In this document: piece by piece, positions 35,803 to 44,782 of the stretch | Layout: every line of letters starts with the position of its first letter | How positions within the stretch are numbered: position 1 is the first letter of the stretch | Assembly: GCA_046757525.1 (NCBI GenBank) | Contig: JBHHYI010000003.1 | Location: 1-60,110 of the forward strand | Source: a bacterium | Lineage (GTDB): Bacteria; Zhuqueibacterota; Zhuqueibacteria; Oceanimicrobiales; Oceanimicrobiaceae | Direction: 5' to 3' | DNA length: 60,110 nt | Notes under the pieces: generated by a model | Told to the model about the DNA's origin: nothing | What the model saw: only the letters and a program-made list of their open reading frames with translations | The model's database searches: none | Position numbers and translations under genes: made by a program

Positions 35803-38304
35803 ATGGAGGATTTGAACATGAGGAACAATTCTGAATCGATTGCGAAAATGAGAGCTGGCAAGAATCTTTTGAGCAGGTCTCTGAGGCTTCCTTTAATCTG
35901 GCTGGCTGGGCTGCTGCTGATGGGTTTCTCGATCTTGCTGCCTGGAACGAATTCAGTAAAAGCGTGGCCCGGCGGCAACGAGGGTGCAACCCCACAACTG
36001 GCTACGGCCCTGCAATCCGTCAAATTAGAATACAACCAAATTGACGCCTCCGGATTCACCCAAATCGTTTCGTTCGTCACCGTCTCAGATGATTCCGGAC
36101 TCACCATTGGCGGTCTCACCAAAGACAATTTTGAAGTGCGTGAAGATTCGGTGCGGGAATTGCCCATCGACGTGGTGGAGATTTCCAACGCCGCCGAAGG
36201 CGTTACCGTGGCCCTGGTTCTGGACCGCAGCGGCAGCATGCAAGGCCAACCGATCCAGGATGCCAAGACCGCGGCTTCCGGTTTCGTGCAATTGCTGCAG
36301 GACCAGGATCAGGCGGCTTTGGTGAGCTTCAACAATTTTGTCACCACCGATCAGGGTTTCACCAGCGACAAGAACGCGTTGACCGCGGCGATCCAGGCTC
36401 TGCAAGCCTTTGGGGGCACAGCGATTTACGACGCAGTCATTCAAGCTGCCGATCTCATAGAACCGCAGGAAGGCCGAAAGGCGATCATCCTCCTGACCGA
36501 CGGCAAGGACACCAATAGCAAGAATTCTTTCCAGACTGCTTTGAACCGCGCCAAAGAAATCAATGTGCCCGTTTTCACCATTGGCCTGGCGCTCAGCCCG
36601 GGGAGTCCGGAAGAAAACGTGCTGATAACTCTGGCTAACGACACCGGCGGCCGCTATTTTCGCAGTGCCAGCTCCAGCGACTTGCAGGCCATTTATTCTG
36701 CCATTGCCGCGTTGTTGTTTCAACAATACCGCATCACTTACACAACTCACAATCCGACCACCGATGGTTCCTTGCGCCATGTGAAAATCGATGTGCAATA
36801 CCAGGGATTCGCCAGTTACGATACGGCGTCCTACCGGGCCCCGGACCACGTGGTCACCATTGCAGCAACTACTACGGACCAGGTCAACCCGGGCCGGACC
36901 TTTACGATCAACCTGGAAATTCCACCAAGCAGCAAGTTTCTCTTTCACAAAATGAAGAACCTGCACGCTATACTACAATACGATCCTACGTATCTAAAGG
37001 TGAAACAGACCTTTGACCAAAACATCGATGCCGGTGCCTTGTTTGGCGCGGACACCGAACACACCTTGACGTTCAACGTCGACGAGGCCAACGGGGTCAT
37101 TACTTTAGACCTGACCAAAGATCCCAATTCGGGTCTGATTGAGGGACGAGGGCAATTGGCAGCCATCACCTTTGAAGCCGCTGCTGATCTGCCGGACAGC
37201 ACACGGCTGCAGTTCGACATCATCGATCATCTTGCCAGCGATATCAACGACTGGCCTATCGCTACCCGGGTCGAAAATCTCACGCTTTACAGCTACGGCA
37301 ACATCGTCTGGCCCGGAGACACCAATGAAAACGGGAAAGTGGAGCTTACCGACGTCACGGTGCTCGGGGTCTACTGGAATATCGATGGGGACGGACGTCC
37401 CACCGAGCCCGATCCTCTGCGCTGGAAGTCGCAGCTCGCCGGCCATTATCCGGTCAGAGTGGCAGCGCATGCCGACGCCGACGGCAACGGCAACGTGAGC
37501 GAGCAAGATTTGATTCCCATCGGTTTGAATTGGGGCAAAACCACCGATTCCCCGGACACGACCACACAGCCCGTGCTTCTTCCCAAAAGCCAACCGCAAG
37601 GCACTCTAAGCCTGGCAGTTTCGTCCACAGGAGAGTCCGGGGTGTACACCGTGAAGTTGAGGTACGAAAGTTCTCAGCCGGAACAACTGTGTGGTGCCAT
37701 GCTGCGCCTGCGCTACCCCAAAGGCCAACTGGAAATCGCGCAAGTGCAGCCCGGCAAAGACTGGCCGGGGCAGCCCTTGTTTATTTCGTCTAACGACCAG
37801 GCCAGGGCGTTGCTGGCCGCCGGGGTCATGCTCACGGCCGGCTCTCCGCTACTGCGCGGCAGCGGGGAAATCGCCCAATTCGTGGTTCATTCCGACTCGG
37901 AACCCGACTTGCAAGAGCTGATTTTTGAGAAGGTGGGCGTGGTTACACCCGATGGCACCTTACACGAATTGACCGTAGAAAACGCCTCCAATAGCAGCGA
38001 CCAGGCGGCAAAATCCTTTGTCTTGTTTCCGGCCTATCCCAATCCGTTTAATCCCGCGACGCGACTGCGTTTTGCGTTACCTGAGGCCGGCGAAGTAGAG
38101 GTGCACATTTACAATGTGACCGGCCGCCTGGTCGTAAAATCGGAGCGGCAATCGTTCGAAGCTGGCGAACACTCCTGGGGCTGGGATGGCCGGGACCAGA
38201 ACGGCAGTTCTGTGAGCAGCGGCATCTATTTCGTTCGGGTGCTGGCCACCACACCGGATGGCAAAAAATGGAGCAGCCAGCAAAAAATCACCATGATGAA
38301 ATAA
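35803..38304 (+). CDS. VWA-domain surface protein with cohesin-like and dockerin-like modules and a T9SS type-A-like C-terminal domain
   Basis: VWA MIDAS motif (LVLDRSGSMQG .. GGTAIYDA .. ILLTDGKDT). Cohesin-like FTINLEIPPSS..AILQYDPTYLKV. Two EF-hand-like dockerin loops, DTNENGKVELTD and DADGNGNVSEQD. The C-terminal tail is YPNPFNPATRLRFALPEAGEVEVHIYNVTGRLV..WGWDGRDQNG..SGIYFVRV. Confidence 0.7.
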   Translation: MEDLNMRNNSESIAKMRAGKNLLSRSLRLPLIWLAGLLLMGFSILLPGTNSVKAWPGGNEGATPQLATALQSVKLEYNQIDASGFTQIVSFVTVSDDSGLTIGGLTKDNFEVREDSVRELPIDVVEISNAAEGVTVALVLDRSGSMQGQPIQDAKTAASGFVQLLQDQDQAALVSFNNFVTTDQGFTSDKNALTAAIQALQAFGGTAIYDAVIQAADLIEPQEGRKAIILLTDGKDTNSKNSFQTALNRAKEINVPVFTIGLALSPGSPEENVLITLANDTGGRYFRSASSSDLQAIYSAIAALLFQQYRITYTTHNPTTDGSLRHVKIDVQYQGFASYDTASYRAPDHVVTIAATTTDQVNPGRTFTINLEIPPSSKFLFHKMKNLHAILQYDPTYLKVKQTFDQNIDAGALFGADTEHTLTFNVDEANGVITLDLTKDPNSGLIEGRGQLAAITFEAAADLPDSTRLQFDIIDHLASDINDWPIATRVENLTLYSYGNIVWPGDTNENGKVELTDVTVLGVYWNIDGDGRPTEPDPLRWKSQLAGHYPVRVAAHADADGNGNVSEQDLIPIGLNWGKTTDSPDTTTQPVLLPKSQPQGTLSLAVSSTGESGVYTVKLRYESSQPEQLCGAMLRLRYPKGQLEIAQVQPGKDWPGQPLFISSNDQARALLAAGVMLTAGSPLLRGSGEIAQFVVHSDSEPDLQELIFEKVGVVTPDGTLHELTVENASNSSDQAAKSFVLFPAYPNPFNPATRLRFALPEAGEVEVHIYNVTGRLVVKSERQSFEAGEHSWGWDGRDQNGSSVSSGIYFVRVLATTPDGKKWSSQQKITMMK

Positions 38305-38320
38305 ACTAAGGACAGGCATT

Positions 38321-38725
38321 ATGGGCAAAGGCAGTTTGATGATTCGAATGATCGACATCGTGTTTATCCTGCTGTTTGGGTTTATCGCGGTCTCACAAAT
38401 CAGCACGGCCAAATCGATTGAGCCCCCCAAGAGCAGCGAGGCCACCGACGCTGCGCCGGAAGGCACGCGCATCATCATCGTTGGGGTGCAAAAGGACGGT
38501 ACCTTCCCAATTGACGCCGGGGATATCGTGTTCGAGAAACAGAGCAAGTTGCAGGAATATTTGGCGGAAGCCGCTTACCAAGCCCAAAACAGCGGCGAAA
38601 AATTGGGCGTGCGCATTCGCGCAAACTGGGATTCACCGCTGGAATACAGCATGGCCGTGGCCAAAATGTGCAAGCGTCTCGGCATCCCCAAAGGCCTGGA
38701 TGTGGTCAAGATCACTTCGCTTTAG
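38321..38725 (+). CDS. exbD: ExbD/TolR family protein 1
   Basis: N-terminal MIRMIDIVFILLFGFIAVS TM signature and a periplasmic alpha/beta domain. Confidence 0.85.
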   Translation: MGKGSLMIRMIDIVFILLFGFIAVSQISTAKSIEPPKSSEATDAAPEGTRIIIVGVQKDGTFPIDAGDIVFEKQSKLQEYLAEAAYQAQNSGEKLGVRIRANWDSPLEYSMAVAKMCKRLGIPKGLDVVKITSL

Positions 38726-38736
38726 GAGGCAAGCTC

Positions 38737-39132
38737 ATGAACCAGAATCGTTTGATGATTCGCTTGATCGACGTCGCTTTGCTCATATTGCTTGGTTTCA
38801 TTGCCATCAGTCGTCTGAAAACCGAATACGTGGACTTACCCGCGGGTGGGAAAAACGCCCCTGAGATGAATCGAACTCAGAAAGCCACCCTCCATATTTA
38901 CCGCAACAAGTTCATCTTTGTAGACCACGGAAGAAAGAAAAGCCTGAAGAATCTGCCGGATTTGGAAGCTGCGCTGGTGAACCGGAAGAATCGTTACGAA
39001 CGTCGGCACGTGAAGCTGGTCGTCAATATTGAACCGCAAAAGTCCAGCATCATTCAAAATCTAATCGATGTTCTGGATATTTGTCAACGGAACCAAATTG
39101 AAAAGAATCTCGATTATGACAGCTTTAACTGA
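38737..39132 (+). CDS. exbD: ExbD/TolR family protein 2
   Basis: AGGAGG RBS then the ATG at 38737; MNQNRLMIRLIDVALLILLGFIAIS TM signature. Confidence 0.85.
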   Translation: MNQNRLMIRLIDVALLILLGFIAISRLKTEYVDLPAGGKNAPEMNRTQKATLHIYRNKFIFVDHGRKKSLKNLPDLEAALVNRKNRYERRHVKLVVNIEPQKSSIIQNLIDVLDICQRNQIEKNLDYDSFN

Positions 39133-40192
39133 ATACATTTCCAGCAAAGACAACCTGCTACCCATCTCCGCAATGTTGACAGGAGGCTTCCTGCTCCTGA
39201 TTTTCGCGCTGGCACAGATATTGGCCTACACCACCTTCAAACCGGAACCGCTGCAAAAAAAGCTGGAAATCCGCGAACTGGTTAAATTGAGTTTTAAGCC
39301 CAAAGGCACGAAAACGCCGCGCAACAACTTCTTGAAACGAAACAAGAGCCTGGACCGGCCGAAAGCAAAGGTCAGCAAGGTCGAGCAGCCACAGGCGCGA
39401 CCGACGCGACCCACTGTGGACGTGGCGGCGTTGATGCAGGGTTTGCAAAAAAACCAGCTTATTTCCAGGAAAAATTCCACGAACCGCAAATCAGCAAGGC
39501 CAAATGTGCAACAGGTAGCGGCCATCAGCACCAGTCACTCGCGCACCGCCGAGGAGGTCGACCTCAACAGCTTGCTCAGTGACCTGTCCAATCGGCCCTC
39601 CTCGTTTACAGCCGGACGGAAAGCGGTTTCAGGCGGCACGCAAGGTCCCGTGGTAAGCGTAGGCGGGGGCCCCTCAGCCGGCAGCGTTTCCAACGTTGAC
39701 GGCAGCGCCCTTGCCGGGCGGGCAACGGTGCGCACCAGCCGCTCCAGTGGTACGGGCAGCGGCGGCCCCACCATTTCGCTGCCCGCGGGTTCTCCGGACG
39801 GCGGCGATGCTGCCCTCGACTTGCACGCCCTCATCAAATGGATGAAAGAACATCCGGGCGCCATTCCCAAATTGGTGCAGCACGAAATGGGTCACGCAGC
39901 CGGCGACCTCGCTTCGGCTGCAACCTTCAAGGCCAACAATCGAACCTACCACCTCTACCTGTCCTGCAATGAGGTGGAGCTGCTCCTGCGAATCTGTTTA
40001 GTTGAAGAAAACAAATTCACCTTGCTCAAAGATAACGGCATACGTGAAGAAAGCAATTATCTCACCGTTGGAGATGTGGTAAGAAACAACGGAAAAATTC
40101 AATCGCTCATTAGCTCACGGAAAGCTCCAGAACACAAAGCCGCAGCGTTTTACAGTATTTTCTGGAGCTGGTGGCAACAACAACTCCGCTGA
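39116..40192 (+). CDS. Membrane-anchored protein in the TonB position (basic/Pro-rich linker, Ser/Gly-rich region, non-canonical C-terminal domain)
   Basis: The ATG at 39116 overlaps the exbD2 end. It has one TM (AMLTGGFLLLIFALAQILAY), then a K/R/P-rich stretch (KPKGTKTPR..RPKAKVSKVEQPQARPTRP), then a low-complexity S/G region. The last roughly 110 aa lack the TonB_C motifs I know. Confidence 0.45.
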   Translation: MTALTEYISSKDNLLPISAMLTGGFLLLIFALAQILAYTTFKPEPLQKKLEIRELVKLSFKPKGTKTPRNNFLKRNKSLDRPKAKVSKVEQPQARPTRPTVDVAALMQGLQKNQLISRKNSTNRKSARPNVQQVAAISTSHSRTAEEVDLNSLLSDLSNRPSSFTAGRKAVSGGTQGPVVSVGGGPSAGSVSNVDGSALAGRATVRTSRSSGTGSGGPTISLPAGSPDGGDAALDLHALIKWMKEHPGAIPKLVQHEMGHAAGDLASAATFKANNRTYHLYLSCNEVELLLRICLVEENKFTLLKDNGIREESNYLTVGDVVRNNGKIQSLISSRKAPEHKAAAFYSIFWSWWQQQLR

Positions 40193-40266
40193 GTCCGAGG
40201 GTCAGGGTTACCTGCTTTATTTTAGACAACTTAAAACTATTAATCATTAGAATCGAGGAAGGCTCT

Positions 40267-41733
40267 ATGGTAAAAAAACGCCGCACATTCAGTGTATTTT
40301 CACTGGCTTTGTTATTAGCTCTGAGTCTGGGTTGCGCTTCGTCGGGCAAGCGAACCCGTCTGTCCATGCGAGTGCCCCCCGGCCTTGACAGCACCATGGT
40401 GGTCTACTCTTCAAGACTGGCTGACAACAATTTCGTCTCTTCCAAACGAGAGCGCGAGGCCAAACGGGCCGCTGAAGCGGGCAAAGAAAATCTGAACCGG
40501 GTCGATGAGTTTTGGGCTTATTTAGAACAGCGGGTGGGCAAAAGTAGCACTTTGTCCGGCGCAGACCAAGCTCAGTTCGACCGCGAACTGAGCCAGGGTG
40601 CGCAGGCGCTTGCCACCTGGAAGAAACTGACCAAGAATGGCCAGGACGAAAACGCCAGCGAGGCGGCCTGGAATTATTGCCTCCAAGCGCAAAAACATTT
40701 GGAGGAGGCGGTACGGATTAATCCATTTGACAAAAACAGCCGCATGCTCCTGTCGGTTGTCTATTACTACTTGCAGAATATTTTTGGCAAGCAAGGCAAT
40801 TACCAGAAGGCCGTCGACGTCCTCGAACGGCTGGTCCGTATTGAAAAGGGCGAGCACGAACTCTTTCGCCTGTTGGCCGAAAACTACCAGGCCCTGGGCA
40901 AATACGATCTGGCTTTGAACAATTTCAAGAGGGCTTTGGCGGTCCTGATCAAAACCAGCTTCGCGGCCCCGCCCGATACCAGCATGATCTACTACTACAC
41001 GTACGCTCAGGGAGATGTTTACGCGCGCATGTACGACGCGGTGCATGCCATCAAAACGTTCAAGGTGGCCAAATCCATCGCCCGCACCGAGCAAGAAAAG
41101 AGCGATGTGGACAACTACCTAAAATGGATTAGCTGGGACGGGGGTAACATCCGGGCCTCAGAGCAGTGGGACAAGATATTAGCTTTCGAATCCTCCAAGG
41201 ACTACCCGAAAATGGTAAACGCCTGCAAAAAACTGTTGCCGGCACTGACGACGACCAAGGCGAAATTGAACGTGCAACATAAACTGGCGGTGGTCGAGTT
41301 TGAAATCTTAGGCCAACAAGCCCGGGCTGTCGAACGCATGCGCCGGGTTTTTGACCTGCTGCCCAGAAACAAGCTGCGTTCAGGGGACCCACAGATTCAG
41401 CCAATTTTGGACTCCTACGGTGCCATGCTGTACCGATTGGGCGTCGAGGCCATGGAAAAGCAAGACAAGAAAGTGGCGCTGGCTTATTTTAACAAAGCGG
41501 TCTCATTCGATTGGAATCAAATCGGCAAAGCCTATTTTGAGCTGGTCACCTTGTTGTGGAACGATCCGGACCAGGCCATTCAATTCGGCAAGAAAGCTTT
41601 GGCCAGCAATAGCGGACTTTCAAACGAAGAATCGTGCGAATTGATGTCTTTGATGACCAAAGCGCACAAGAGCGCCGGCCGTTACGATGAGGCCAGAAAA
41701 TATTACAACAAGTGGAAACAATGCCAGGAGTAG
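40267..41733 (+). CDS. TPR-repeat lipoprotein
   Basis: MVKKRRTFSVFSLALLLALSLGCASSG lipoprotein signal and several 34-aa TPR-like units (e.g. LLAENYQALGKYDLALNNFKRAL). Confidence 0.7.
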   Translation: MVKKRRTFSVFSLALLLALSLGCASSGKRTRLSMRVPPGLDSTMVVYSSRLADNNFVSSKREREAKRAAEAGKENLNRVDEFWAYLEQRVGKSSTLSGADQAQFDRELSQGAQALATWKKLTKNGQDENASEAAWNYCLQAQKHLEEAVRINPFDKNSRMLLSVVYYYLQNIFGKQGNYQKAVDVLERLVRIEKGEHELFRLLAENYQALGKYDLALNNFKRALAVLIKTSFAAPPDTSMIYYYTYAQGDVYARMYDAVHAIKTFKVAKSIARTEQEKSDVDNYLKWISWDGGNIRASEQWDKILAFESSKDYPKMVNACKKLLPALTTTKAKLNVQHKLAVVEFEILGQQARAVERMRRVFDLLPRNKLRSGDPQIQPILDSYGAMLYRLGVEAMEKQDKKVALAYFNKAVSFDWNQIGKAYFELVTLLWNDPDQAIQFGKKALASNSGLSNEESCELMSLMTKAHKSAGRYDEARKYYNKWKQCQE

Positions 41734-41736
41734 ACC

Positions 41737-42384
41737 ATGACAAAGATCAAGAAATATCGATTGCTTGCGCTATTATCCATCTTAACCTTGTTGCTGTTTC
41801 TCGCTGGCCTGGCGCATGCACAGACGGCGGGCATTTCGGTTGACCAGTCTCTGGTGCAGTCCGTTACGGTGAAAAACAAGAGGTTGGTGAAGTTTTTCAC
41901 GGAAGATTTTATGATTCCTGAGAAACAGGTTGCCTGGCTCAAGATTTACGATCTCAGCGGCGATGGCTTTGGCAACGGCGACCTGGCGCGCACCTTTCCC
42001 GGCGGCAAGATTTATCTGATCACCCCAGGAGAAAAGGCGCAAAGCCTTATGAACAAATGGAGCTTTGGCGGCAACATCAAGTTCACGGCCAACTCGACGG
42101 ATAGTCCCGCGTTGTTTGAACAGGCTCCCGATTCTGTACGCGCCATGGGCGGCATATTTGCTGCACTACTAAAAGGCCTGCGCCGCAACTACAAAGGACT
42201 GCCCATAAAACTTTTTCTCGAACAGAATGACAACGTGACCGCCGTACAAATGTGGGGCTATAATCCCCAATTGATGCAATACCAGCCCGCGCCCGTGGCG
42301 AAAATGCCCGTAGAAAAACCAGTAATGAAATTGATCTACCTGGAAAAAACAGTCGTGGACAGCGTACTTTATACGCCAAAATAG
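41737..42384 (+). CDS. Secreted hypothetical protein (last gene of the operon)
   Basis: Signal peptide ending in LAHAQ; starts 3 nt after the TPR gene stop. No known domain recognised. Confidence 0.5.
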   Translation: MTKIKKYRLLALLSILTLLLFLAGLAHAQTAGISVDQSLVQSVTVKNKRLVKFFTEDFMIPEKQVAWLKIYDLSGDGFGNGDLARTFPGGKIYLITPGEKAQSLMNKWSFGGNIKFTANSTDSPALFEQAPDSVRAMGGIFAALLKGLRRNYKGLPIKLFLEQNDNVTAVQMWGYNPQLMQYQPAPVAKMPVEKPVMKLIYLEKTVVDSVLYTPK

Positions 42385-42410
42385 CGGCAAGTGTAGGCCA
42401 ACAAAATGTC

Positions 42411-43100
42411 TCAAAAATTGGTCGAGGAAAAATTTTGAGTTACGTAAAGGGTGTTGAGGTGTCTAAATTCACTTTCCACGCAGCCCACGCCAAGATATTT
42501 GAAATACGGACTCAAAATATTTTCGCGGTGCGGCGGGCTGTCCATCCAACGTTCTACCAAAGCCGCAGCAAATTCATGATAGGTGTAGGGCACGCCTTGA
42601 TTCCGCCAGACATACCGATGCGCAACAATCTCCACTTGCGCTGGGTTGAAAACGATGGATAGGCGCCTGGTGATGGGATGAATGGCGATGTTTTCCCCGC
42701 CAAAGCCGTTACGTATGCCCACGTGCTGCAGTCGCTTCTTGATAGTTTTGTTGGTTGGGTTTGGCGAGACGTGGTCAAAATATCGCAACTGCACCATCTC
42801 TTCCGAATGCAAACGCGCGGCTTCGTGAAGTCGAAAGTTGTATCGTAGATCGCCCAGTCCCAACCTTTCTCTCTGGTAATTGGTTTCCTTAAAAATCGCC
42901 CAATCCAATAGTTCCAGATTTATCGAGTCAGGCTTGATTTCGGCCGTCTTGATGTACTCTCCTGCGTTCCCTTGCTCAAACTGCTCAAACAGGTCGCGTT
43001 TGTACTTCCACTCCGACCCGCACGAGACCGAAAGAACTGCACCTACCACGATTAAGAGAAACGTAACCCGCTTTGGGGACCATATCGCTGCTTGTGCCAT
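42411..43100 (-). CDS. CAP/SCP (PR-1-like) domain lipoprotein
   Basis: The ATG at 43100 gives MAQAAIWSPKRVTFLLIVVGAVLSVSCGS (lipobox). CAP motifs are LHEAARLHSEEM..YFDH .. GGENIA .. VERWMDSPPHRENIL. Confidence 0.7.
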   Translation of the reverse strand: MAQAAIWSPKRVTFLLIVVGAVLSVSCGSEWKYKRDLFEQFEQGNAGEYIKTAEIKPDSINLELLDWAIFKETNYQRERLGLGDLRYNFRLHEAARLHSEEMVQLRYFDHVSPNPTNKTIKKRLQHVGIRNGFGGENIAIHPITRRLSIVFNPAQVEIVAHRYVWRNQGVPYTYHEFAAALVERWMDSPPHRENILSPYFKYLGVGCVESEFRHLNTLYVTQNFSSTNF

Positions 43101-43587
43101 GGTTCTTCCATATTGCAGAAAAGGCCAATCCGGAACGTGATCCGAATTGCGCCAATAAGTGTTTTCAGTTCTCCAACCGCTGACTACCGGACTAAAGGTC
43201 AAGGAGGTGTCGCCGGAATAGAGTGTGAGATCCCCGTAGGCGCGGTAATCTTTTTCCAGCAAGGTCGTAGTGGCGTTTGGATTGTCCCATGAGGATGACG
43301 TTTTTGCCAGCAAGTTGTTACTTAATATGCTGGACCAGCAAAGCCGCCGCGGCGAGATTTGGCCTGGTGCACCAAGCAGATGAATTCCTGGCCGCAGCCA
43401 TCGACCGTCACCTGCAACAGGTCCCGGCTACTCCGAAAAGCTTCGTCGTATTTACTTCGGAAACACATATTTGAAAGATTTTATTTCAAACGGAGACTGG
43501 ACCGCCAGAGCCATTTCCTGACCCTCAACCGGAGCGTCACTCTCTGGCCACACTCAAAATACAGCCCCTTCTTTAACAGCGCGTTTG

Positions 43588-44229
43588 TCATTCATTCACC
43601 ACTTCTGCATTCTCAACACGTCCCAGCACCTTGCCGCCGTTAGCAAGGTAGACGGTCACTTTGACGTCCCGGTCTTTGACCAGGATATCGCCTTCGACTA
43701 CCGACCCATCCGCTATCGTGATCTGCAGGCGTCGGGTCTCATTTGAACCTCCCTTGTTGTCCTTCACAATAATATCGCCGCCGACGGTGGCTTTCTCCTC
43801 CAGAGTAATGTTGCCGTTGATGGTGGTGATGTCGTCGTCGACCCGGGCGTGGTAAAGTTCGACCTTGCCATTGATTGAATTGATTTCGCCACCTATCTCC
43901 GTTCCTGACTTAGCGGTGATGGAGCCGTTCACAGATTGCACGTCATGTTTTACCTTTGAGTTGCTGCCCAACTTGATGCGCCCATTAACCGTTTGCAGCG
44001 CGCGCACTTGCGAACCACGACCGACGTAGATGTTTCCGTTGACTGAACGACTCTTGCCTTGAATGTCACAATCCTCACCGATGACGATGTTGCCATTGAC
44101 GGTGTTCAGATTCTTGCGAACCGTCTCGCCATCTTCGATTTCGATACTCCTATTCACGCTAACATTGCACGCGGTGCTAACACAAACAGCTATCAACACG
44201 ATTGACTTAACTGGTCGCTGCTGTTTCAT
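43588..44229 (-). CDS. Secreted beta-helical repeat protein (bactofilin/DUF4097-like repeats)
   Basis: Signal peptide, then about 8 repeats built on VNG-x-I (VNGNIVIG, VNGNIYVG, VNGRIKLG, VNGSITAK, INGKVELY, INGNITLE). Confidence 0.5.
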   Translation of the reverse strand: MKQQRPVKSIVLIAVCVSTACNVSVNRSIEIEDGETVRKNLNTVNGNIVIGEDCDIQGKSRSVNGNIYVGRGSQVRALQTVNGRIKLGSNSKVKHDVQSVNGSITAKSGTEIGGEINSINGKVELYHARVDDDITTINGNITLEEKATVGGDIIVKDNKGGSNETRRLQITIADGSVVEGDILVKDRDVKVTVYLANGGKVLGRVENAEVVNE

Positions 44230-44266
44230 GGTTTCACCTCACTTTTTGTTGCGAGTAGATGCTTGG

Positions 44267-44782
44267 TTATTTTGCCGACGACGTGTGGTCATGAAAAATG
44301 CGCCAACCTGCCTCTGTCTTGCGAAAGAGGAGGGTAAAATATCCCCAGGGCTGGTCTTCTCGTCTTTGCAATTCCCACTTGCCAAATACCATAGCGGCGT
44401 CACCGGACAAAACGGAAATGTCGACCTGGCTAAACTTTAATTGCCCCATTGCTGCTTTATCAGGATACCCCCGTTTGTAGCGATCCAGTAAGGTCTGCCA
44501 GCCGTAGGAGACCTGCCCGCCAGAAGCGAACCGCAAGGAATCCGAACGGGCGTATCCCCGCACAAACCCCTCAACATCGCCAGCATTCCACGCTTCAACC
44601 TGTTGCTCCATGACTGCTTTGACCGCTGTCTTGACAGCCCCCACGGAGACCGCTTCGTTTTGCTGACAAGCAGGCAGCAAGGGAAAACTCATGAGGAACA
44701 AGATGAACAGCATCAATTCACTTTTGAGGCGCAGGCAAGAAGCAAAAGCAGGCTTGAGGGATTTGATACACAATGGAATCAC
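44267..44782 (-). CDS. SnoaL-like/DUF4440 (NTF2-fold) protein, probable lipoprotein
   Basis: QQVEAWNAGDVEGF .. GWQTLLDRYKRGYP .. AMVFGKWEL .. GYFTLLFRKTEAGWRIFHDHTS. The GTG at 44782 overlaps the upstream stop; an alternative ATG at 44713 gives the lipobox LLPAC. Confidence 0.65.
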   Translation of the reverse strand: MIPLCIKSLKPAFASCLRLKSELMLFILFLMSFPLLPACQQNEAVSVGAVKTAVKAVMEQQVEAWNAGDVEGFVRGYARSDSLRFASGGQVSYGWQTLLDRYKRGYPDKAAMGQLKFSQVDISVLSGDAAMVFGKWELQRREDQPWGYFTLLFRKTEAGWRIFHDHTSSAK

